From assembly GCA_041306075.1 (NCBI GenBank), contig JBFYKH010000007.1, positions 8,821-72,820 on the forward strand: a DNA stretch of 64,000 bases. Reading direction: 5' to 3'. The position numbers and the translations under genes are program-made. This DNA is from Candidatus Altiarchaeota archaeon (GTDB taxonomy: Archaea > Altiarchaeota > Altiarchaeia > IMC4 > SCGC-AAA252-I15). Below are positions 57,969 to 64,000 of this stretch, piece by piece (position 1 is the stretch's first letter; every line of letters starts with the position of its first letter). A model generated the notes under the pieces. That model was not told the DNA's origin. It ran no database searches and worked only from the letters and a program-made list of their open reading frames with translations.

Positions 57969-58319
57969 GTGGCTTTGTGGGATTGGTTCTTTTCTGATGA
58001 GGCTGGTGGCCGGGAGGTCTGGGTGAAGGTATGCCCTGAATGCCACAGCACGGACGTGACCAGCCGGGGGGGAATATCCAGGACTGCGCTCAGCCCCAAC
58101 TGGATATGCCTAAACTGCGGCTTCCAGAGCGGCTCATTCCCAGAGTTCCTATCAGAAGACGTGAAAAAAGTCGCCCTGCCGGAAAGCGAATCACGGCGGC
58201 GATTCATACCATCAAGAATGCCGTTGACTGCCGACGGCCCTAAGAAGACAACTGTGGCAAAACGCCCTCTACTGTTCATAATCCTCCTAATCATCCTACT
58301 ATCGCTGCTTCTACGATAA
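57969..58319 (+). CDS. Zinc-ribbon protein with C-terminal TM anchor
   Basis: 116 aa; CPECHS...CLNCG; C-terminal LLFIILLIILLSLLL. Confidence 0.45.
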   Translation: MALWDWFFSDEAGGREVWVKVCPECHSTDVTSRGGISRTALSPNWICLNCGFQSGSFPEFLSEDVKKVALPESESRRRFIPSRMPLTADGPKKTTVAKRPLLFIILLIILLSLLLR

Positions 58320-58371
58320 GACGAGATTCTCCATCTCCCAAAAGCCCTGCTTCAAGAAGATAGGATGCGGC

Positions 58372-58520
58372 GGCCCCATCGAGATTTTTCAAAAAAGCGC
58401 TTCGCGCTTTTTACATCTCGAGGGATTATCCAGACGACTTTGCTTCGGATAGATACGTTATGGTTCCATCGAGATTTTTCAAAAAAGTCCCGCGGGACTT
58501 TTTACACCTCGATGGGTTCG
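58372..58520. repeat. Two tandem nested-hairpin units carrying copies of the tRNA-Ile 3' end (att-scar-like)
   Basis: GGCCCCATCGAGATTTTTCAAAAAAGCGCTTCGCGCTTTTTACATCTCGAGGG (58372) and GGTTCCATCGAGATTTTTCAAAAAAGTCCCGCGGGACTTTTTACACCTCGATGGG (58462); both share CCATCGAGATTT with the tRNA-Ile 3' end (58553); inner stems differ but stay paired. Confidence 0.6.
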
Positions 58521-58552
58521 TGATACTCCCTCTCTGTCGGATTCAGACGATA

Positions 58553-58627
58553 TGGTCCCATCGAGATTTGAACTCGAGACCTTCCGATTATCAGTCGGAC
58601 GCTCTAACCAGTCTGAGCCATGGGACC
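58553..58627 (-). tRNA. tRNA-Ile (anticodon GAU)
   Basis: Minus strand: GGTCCCA-TG-GCTC-AGACTGGTTA-GAGC-G-TCCGA-CTGATAA-TCGGA-AGGTC-TCGAG-TTCAAAT-CTCGA-TGGGACC-A; perfect cloverleaf. Confidence 0.85.
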
Positions 58628-58832
58628 GTATGTTGTTTCCCTTCTTTACTCTTCCCACCATTTGGGTGGTGCATCATTCCCCTGGTCTTTCTTTTTCGCC
58701 AGCGCTTCACAGCCGAGCCTTTGAGGCTCGGGTGTGTGGCTGAAACCCAGGTTTCAGCCCCATTCTTTCGCAAAGAAAAGGGCTGCGGCCCAACCAATCT
58801 AAGCAAAGGGACCGTTAAAACGCTTTTTTAGG

Positions 58833-60473
58833 GTGGACTATATTAGGGTTTTGTTTGAATATAAGTGTGGTTTCCAGGGGCTCTTATTCTCGTCGTTCCC
58901 TTACCTTATTATGGAGCGGAGTAGGCGGCGGCAGGACGGAGGCGGGGAGTTGCCCGCGCCCATAGGCGCCGAATGCCTCGTCAATGGCGGCCACCTGCGG
59001 TCTGTGTTCAGGGATGATGAGCGCAGCCGGCTCTTGTCTGTGGCGGTGTTCTCCCCCGGCGTGGAGGTGGCGTTGGCGACGACGGACCTTGCGACGCAGA
59101 AGGCTAATCTCCTCTCAAGCGTGGAGCCTATCGACGCCGGGAAGGTGGTGGAGCAGCACGGGAACGTGGTCGGATTCTACCGGGGCCGCGGCGTTTCCGT
59201 CGTGGACATGCGGGATGAATTGGCTGCGGCTTTGTCCCCGGGCAGGGTGGAGGACGGGCTCCTCGGCGGCCGGGTGCGGGAGACTTTGAGGAGCCGGGCT
59301 CATGGTGTGCGGGATGTATTCGAGTCCGCGGGCAGGCGGGGTGCGGTCGATGCGTTGGGCGGCTACCTAAGGGGTGCGGGATTGGCCGATACGGAGGCAA
59401 GGTCTGTTGCCGAGGCATTCTCTGGCATGGTCTACAGGAAGGTTGACGGCCTCGTTGACGCTTACCCTAACGTCGGAGGAGACGATTCGAGGATGCGTTT
59501 GATAGCGGGCCTCGTGGCGTTGGATTATGCCCGGTATGGGCGGAAGGCGGACGCCTTGATTGATTCATTGTGCCTTAACCGGCGGGGCGGCCGGTATTAC
59601 GCGGCTGCGAACCAGGTTTTCATGCGCGACAGCCAGGTGGTGATGGCCGGCCGGGACGGGGGGGATGGCGTGATAATCATCGGGAAGCCGAAGTCGGAGG
59701 CGAGGGCGATGGAGTCCAGGCACCTCATCCACATACTCAACCACCACGGCATCGGCATCGGCCTCCGCGGGAGGCGCGTGGGAGGCGCCGGCTTGAGCGT
59801 CGCCGGCTCCGATGAAATGGTGCTCGCATCGCAGGCGGAGGCCGGCGCGGGCAGGCCGCACGTCATAGACCTTGCCAGGCGTTTGAGGCGGAAGTTCGTC
59901 ATGGAGATGGGCGACTTCTATCCGCTCGGGAAGAGGCTTCTGATAGGCGGCGGCGCGCGCACGACGGTGGACGGGGTTAAGCCGCTATTCGACGAGGGCC
60001 TTTTGGACGGCAAGGAGGTGTATTTCGTGGAGTCCCCGGCCGCGGGGATGGGTTACGAGACCCAGCAGCTTTGGATGCACCTGGACATGTATTTCATGGC
60101 GTTACCCCTAAAGGATGCGGGGAAGACTCATGTGGCTGTGTGCGAGGACATAGCTAGGCTCAGCAGGATATCCCGGCTCCGGCACGTTAAGGGGGCTGCC
60201 AGGGCCGAGGAGCTGGGGTCGTTCTGGGATTTCCTGTCTGACGGGAGGCAGGGTTTTGAGGTCGAGCCTTTCACCCTGTCGGAGCAGGCGGAGATGGTGG
60301 GGAACTCGGAGATACTCGGGCCTGGGGAGCTTCTGTCGTCGGCTCCCTCGGAGCATCCGTTCAACAGGAGGCTGTCCTCCCGGGGGGTGAGGGTGCATCA
60401 CGTCGACATAAGCGAGATAAGGAAGATGCACGGCGGCCAGCACTGCATAACGTTCGACCTCATACGGCGGTAG
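58833..60473 (+). CDS. Amidinotransferase/guanidino-group-modifying-enzyme superfamily protein (arginine deiminase-like fold)
   Basis: 546-aa ORF; C-terminal ...HGGQHCITFDLIR matches the GGxHCxT catalytic-Cys signature of the superfamily; N-terminal start uncertain. Confidence 0.45.
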   Translation: MDYIRVLFEYKCGFQGLLFSSFPYLIMERSRRRQDGGGELPAPIGAECLVNGGHLRSVFRDDERSRLLSVAVFSPGVEVALATTDLATQKANLLSSVEPIDAGKVVEQHGNVVGFYRGRGVSVVDMRDELAAALSPGRVEDGLLGGRVRETLRSRAHGVRDVFESAGRRGAVDALGGYLRGAGLADTEARSVAEAFSGMVYRKVDGLVDAYPNVGGDDSRMRLIAGLVALDYARYGRKADALIDSLCLNRRGGRYYAAANQVFMRDSQVVMAGRDGGDGVIIIGKPKSEARAMESRHLIHILNHHGIGIGLRGRRVGGAGLSVAGSDEMVLASQAEAGAGRPHVIDLARRLRRKFVMEMGDFYPLGKRLLIGGGARTTVDGVKPLFDEGLLDGKEVYFVESPAAGMGYETQQLWMHLDMYFMALPLKDAGKTHVAVCEDIARLSRISRLRHVKGAARAEELGSFWDFLSDGRQGFEVEPFTLSEQAEMVGNSEILGPGELLSSAPSEHPFNRRLSSRGVRVHHVDISEIRKMHGGQHCITFDLIRR

Positions 60474-60508
60474 GCGGTTTTTTATCTGCCTCTGCCTTAG
60501 TCTATTCA

Positions 60509-61444
60509 ATGTCGTTTCGCGGCAACGTGTCCGCCGTCTTCGGCGGACTGGGGTCGGAGCTCGGGAAGAAGGGGACCGTGAGCGACGTCACCATATACAA
60601 CTCGAAGGCGGGTGAGGCGGTGCTTTCCTTCGTTGAGGCCACCGGGTATCCGGACAAGGTGCAGTCCCTCGTGTCGGCGGTCAACATGTCCGACCAGGCG
60701 GTAGTCCGCGTGGAGTCCTTGAACGCGTCGTTGGCCGAGACGGTGGTCGCCTTGGATGCGATGGGAATGGGGCGGGGATATATCGTCTTCGCAGGGGACG
60801 TTTCCCCTGAGTCTCTGAAGCCGCTCCTCGCCGGCACCGTCGTCGACTCTTATGCGCCCATCGAGAACCAGCCGATGGCCATCAAGGAGAAGCTTGCCGA
60901 GCTGAATCCTCCGTCGGAGGGGGCGGCGATAGTCCAGGTCGACCACTCCTTCCAGGTGAAGGGCGTCGGCACAGTCGCCCTCGGGGTCGTGAAGGCGGGC
61001 GCGGTGAGGCGGCATGACCAGATGGCTGCGGAGCCGGTCGGCGGCAAGGTCCTCGTCAAGTCCATACAGGTCCACGACACCGACGTCGAGGAGGCCTGCT
61101 GCGGCGTGAGGGTGGGGCTCGCCCTGAAGGACGTCTCCCCGGAGGACGTCCCCCGCGGAACTGTCCTGTCAACGGCCGGGAACGTCAGGTCCGTGGCGGC
61201 CTTGGAGGCCGAGGCCGTGCTGTCCAAATACTCGCCTAAGGGGTTGTATCCTGGCGACCAGATTCTCGTCAACTCCTGCCTGAACTACTCGCCGGCCAGG
61301 GTGGAGGAGGGTTCCGTGCGACAGGGCGCCTCAGGCAGGGTCAAACTGGCGTTTGAGCGGCCGCTGCCGGCCCTCGGCGGCAGGATGCATCTCATGGACC
61401 CAGGCCTCAAGATGCCGAGGGTGTTCGGGCACGTCAAGGTGTGA
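60509..61444 (+). CDS. EF-Tu/EF-1A-like paralogue with degenerate G domain (pseudo-GTPase) and intact domain II beta-barrel
   Basis: 311 aa; N-terminus GNVSAVFGGLGSELGKKGTVSDV replaces GHVDHGKST; no DxxG; domain II ...VDHSFQVKGVGTVALGVVKAGAVRRHDQM...VKSIQVHDTDVEEACCGVRVGLALKDVSPEDVPRGTVL. Confidence 0.55.
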   Translation: MSFRGNVSAVFGGLGSELGKKGTVSDVTIYNSKAGEAVLSFVEATGYPDKVQSLVSAVNMSDQAVVRVESLNASLAETVVALDAMGMGRGYIVFAGDVSPESLKPLLAGTVVDSYAPIENQPMAIKEKLAELNPPSEGAAIVQVDHSFQVKGVGTVALGVVKAGAVRRHDQMAAEPVGGKVLVKSIQVHDTDVEEACCGVRVGLALKDVSPEDVPRGTVLSTAGNVRSVAALEAEAVLSKYSPKGLYPGDQILVNSCLNYSPARVEEGSVRQGASGRVKLAFERPLPALGGRMHLMDPGLKMPRVFGHVKV

Positions 61445-61476
61445 CGTTTTTATACGGGTTTGGGTAATCTGTACCC

Positions 61477-61980
61477 ATGGACTGGCGGATTGTCCTTGCA
61501 TTGTTCCTGGTCGCGGCGCTGTCTACGGCCGCTTCGGCTGCGCCGTTCACTGTGGCGGCTTCCGTCAACGGGGCGGACCCGGCGTCCACCACCGCCGTCG
61601 TCGAGGCGGGGGAGGCGGCGGACGTGCAGCTGACGGTGACGGTGTCGCCTGGCAGCTACGAGGTGACGGGCGTGGAGGTCGACTCCGAGCCGGCGGCCTT
61701 CGGGGCGATAGTCGAGGCTTACATAGAGAGCCGCTCATCGTTCCCGTCGAAGATCAAGCCGATGAACGATAGGGCAAGCTACGACCTGCCGGGCTTCATG
61801 CCGGCGGGCGTCTACACGATAACGGCGAAGATACACTACGGGGGCGACAAGGCCGGGACTAGCGAGTACGATGCGCGGGTGCGGGTGGAGAACGAAGGCA
61901 TCCTGTCCATGATACTCGGCCTGGTGATGAAGTTCATGCCCAAGTTCATCGTGAAGCCGATAGCAGGGGCCATACTATAG
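61477..61980 (+). CDS. Secreted protein (hypothetical)
   Basis: 167 aa; signal peptide MDWRIVLALFLVAALSTAASA. Confidence 0.4.
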   Translation: MDWRIVLALFLVAALSTAASAAPFTVAASVNGADPASTTAVVEAGEAADVQLTVTVSPGSYEVTGVEVDSEPAAFGAIVEAYIESRSSFPSKIKPMNDRASYDLPGFMPAGVYTITAKIHYGGDKAGTSEYDARVRVENEGILSMILGLVMKFMPKFIVKPIAGAIL

Positions 61981-62568
61981 CCAGTCGCTGATGCGCCCGG
62001 AGCCGGAGGCTTTGCGGGACTCGTAGGCGTCCGGGTCCATGTGCCTGGCGGGCATCATCCTCCTCATCAGGGCGTGGTTCACGCGGCTTTTGATTTCCTG
62101 GCTGTCGTAGTACTCCTCCCACAGGCGCCGCACGCCCGCAGAATCCTCGGCGCCAGGCTGCGCTGAGCCGTCGAGGAGTCTTACCGCGTCCATCACGCCC
62201 AGACGGTGCTCCCTAAACCCTCCCCCCGGGCTTGCGGTCAGCGTCCGCCCCCCGGACTCTATCGCTATATGGCGTCCCGGGAATCTCCGGTGGAAGTGGT
62301 CGACCAGGAGGTCGAGGACATCGTGTTCGAGCCTGGTCTTCGCCCAGAGCACGCCCCCTGGGGATACGTTCAGCCTGAGGAAGCCCTTCTTCGCGTGCAG
62401 GCTGCGCGAAACCTCGCCTCCCATCTCGTACAGCCTCCGTGCCTCGGGGGTCGCCAGGTTCCTGGCGAGCGCCTGGTCCTGGCGCGACACGGCGTTCCGG
62501 AGCCTCCCGTCGTAGCGCCGGTGCCTCGACGCCATATCCCCCTCGAATCCGGCCATTTCATCCCCCAT
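61975..62568 (-). CDS. Putative DNA-metabolism protein partner of the radical SAM enzyme (TIGR03915/DUF4130-like)
   Basis: 197 aa; translationally coupled (11-nt overlap) to the upstream radical SAM gene, as in the conserved two-gene cassette. Confidence 0.4.
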   Translation of the reverse strand: MGDEMAGFEGDMASRHRRYDGRLRNAVSRQDQALARNLATPEARRLYEMGGEVSRSLHAKKGFLRLNVSPGGVLWAKTRLEHDVLDLLVDHFHRRFPGRHIAIESGGRTLTASPGGGFREHRLGVMDAVRLLDGSAQPGAEDSAGVRRLWEEYYDSQEIKSRVNHALMRRMMPARHMDPDAYESRKASGSGRISDWL

Positions 62569-63685
62569 AGGCGGCGAGCGACGCCTGCGAGTGGCCGTCG
62601 ACTTTGATGAACGGGTCCGCCCTCATCACCGCGACACCAATGCTCGCCAACTGGCTGCGGCTTCTGACAGATTGGCCCCGAGCCCTCAAATCCATTATCC
62701 TCCTAGCGCTCAAGGGCCCGACGCCCGGGACCCGGATGAGCTCCTCGTAGGATGCGCAGTTAACGTCCGTCGGCCGCCGCCCACTCGCCCTTGCCAGGTT
62801 GACTTTCGGGTCGCCTGCGGGGAGGTTCCCCCCCTCCATGACTGGTTTGAACTCATCGAGGCCTATGCCGTACTTCCTCATCATGAAGTCGACGCAGTAT
62901 AGCCTGTGTTCCCGCTCCAAGGGCACCCTCCTCCTTCCTGCGAGGGGTGTGTCGTCGATGGGAGTGAAGACGCTGTAGTACACCCTCCTCAGGCCCATGG
63001 AGCCGTACTCCCATTCGGCGGCGTCCAGGACCTCCTCGTCAGATTCTCCGGCGGCCCCGACGACCATCTGCGTCGTCTGCCCCGCGGGCAGGGGCAGCCG
63101 CCTTATCCACTCCTGCCGTCTGAGTATGTCGGAGCCGTAGTCCTTGGTGGATGTCAGCTCGTCGAGGCGGCCCTTGCTCGGGGCCTCTATGTTTATGGAC
63201 AGCCGGTCGGCGTACGTCCCCGCCTCCTTGACGAGGCTCCTGTCCGCTCCCGGGAGGACTTTCAGGTGGACGTATCCTTGGAAGCGCATCTCCTGCCTGA
63301 GTATCCTCACTGCCTCGAGCATCCGCTCCGTGGACGAGTCCGCGTCGCCGGCCACCGCGGAGGAGAGGAAGAGGCCTTCCACGTAGTTGCCGAGGTAAAG
63401 GTGCATGAAGACGTCCGCCAGCTCCCGGGGCTCGTAGGCCGCGGTCTTCCTGCGGCAGTGGACCGAGTTCTGGCAGTACGCGCAGTCCAGGCTGCACGCG
63501 TTCGCCATGAGCGTCTTGAAGAGGCTGACGCATCTGCCGCCTTCGGTGAAAGAGTGGCATATGCCTCCCCGGGCGGCGTCGCCTATCCTGTCGGCTCCGT
63601 AGGCCCTGCGCGGGGATGCGGAGCTTGCGCACACGTCCCATCTGCCGGCTCCGCCGAGGAGTCTCACCTTCTCCAGGAGGCTCAT
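62558..63685 (-). CDS. Radical SAM protein, putative DNA modification/repair family, with C-terminal helix-hairpin-helix
   Basis: 375 aa; CSLDCAYCQN radical SAM cluster motif; C-terminal ...YEELIRVPGVGPLSARRIMDLRARGQ HhH. Confidence 0.75.
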   Translation of the reverse strand: MSLLEKVRLLGGAGRWDVCASSASPRRAYGADRIGDAARGGICHSFTEGGRCVSLFKTLMANACSLDCAYCQNSVHCRRKTAAYEPRELADVFMHLYLGNYVEGLFLSSAVAGDADSSTERMLEAVRILRQEMRFQGYVHLKVLPGADRSLVKEAGTYADRLSINIEAPSKGRLDELTSTKDYGSDILRRQEWIRRLPLPAGQTTQMVVGAAGESDEEVLDAAEWEYGSMGLRRVYYSVFTPIDDTPLAGRRRVPLEREHRLYCVDFMMRKYGIGLDEFKPVMEGGNLPAGDPKVNLARASGRRPTDVNCASYEELIRVPGVGPLSARRIMDLRARGQSVRSRSQLASIGVAVMRADPFIKVDGHSQASLAAYGG

Positions 63686-63784
63686 CAGTTGATTGTGGTA
63701 CTGCGTCGACTTAAAGGATGGCTGAGAGCGCGGGAAAAATACGGGGCCGCTATTAACCGCCCGCTCCCATCATATCACTGCAAC

Positions 63785-64000
63785 ATGCCTGGTGGGAGGA
63801 TAACCGTACTGGACGCGTTGAGGGGCGCGGCGATAACGCTCATGCTCCTCCAACACTCGATGTACTACCTGTACTACGACCTCGACGGCATGGTCTACGG
63901 GGGAGTATACCTCATAAGCCGGCTGTCCGCCCCCCTGTTCCTGACGATACTCGGCTACTGCATTGCATTGTCGGCGGAGCGCAGGATGCCCTCGGCCGGC
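63785..64000 (+). CDS. Polytopic membrane protein, acyltransferase-3/DUF1624-like (3' end beyond the window)
   Basis: Partial ORF MPGGRITVLDALRGAAITLMLLQHSMYY...; hydrophobic helices. Confidence 0.35.
   Translation, partial: MPGGRITVLDALRGAAITLMLLQHSMYYLYYDLDGMVYGGVYLISRLSAPLFLTILGYCIALSAERRMPSAG

Overview
GC-rich archaeal chromosomal window. The lineage carries PolD (DP1 and DP2), aEF-2, aEF-1alpha, TFE, Pop5, an archaeal-type DtdA, and a ThrRS with an N-terminal editing domain. Housekeeping blocks: an unusually fused ribosomal cluster (L5'-S14-S7-EF2-EF1a-S10) followed by tRNA-Glu; thrS-rpiA-pfdA-ftsY; purine and MTA salvage (hpt-like, mtaD, mtnP); PolD DP1/DP2; pyrD-pyrK-pyrE-pyrF; rnp2 (Pop5) and tfe. 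The most interesting content is a tightly coupled plus-strand operon of about 13.4 kb (16.27-29.69 kb). It encodes three paralogous VirB2/TrbC-like pilin-sized membrane proteins, two VirB6/TrbL-like polytopic membrane proteins (one of 1771 aa with a huge charged tail), a split VirB3/VirB4-like ATPase (Walker A GTSGGGKS, Walker B ILVIDEAW), small zinc-ribbon proteins and a flanking PLD (HKD) nuclease. No relaxase, coupling protein or integrase is visible. I read it as an undescribed type-IV-secretion-like or Ced-like DNA-transfer or import system in a non-crenarchaeal archaeon. Other points of note are two tRNA loci with integration-scar-like structure (a low-GC gene-poor patch after tRNA-Glu; tandem hairpin repeats carrying tRNA-Ile 3'-end copies), a G-rich hairpin tandem repeat after ftsY, a pseudo-GTPase EF-Tu paralogue, a class-II-like nucleotidyltransferase and a lineage-specific Cys-rich secreted domain family.
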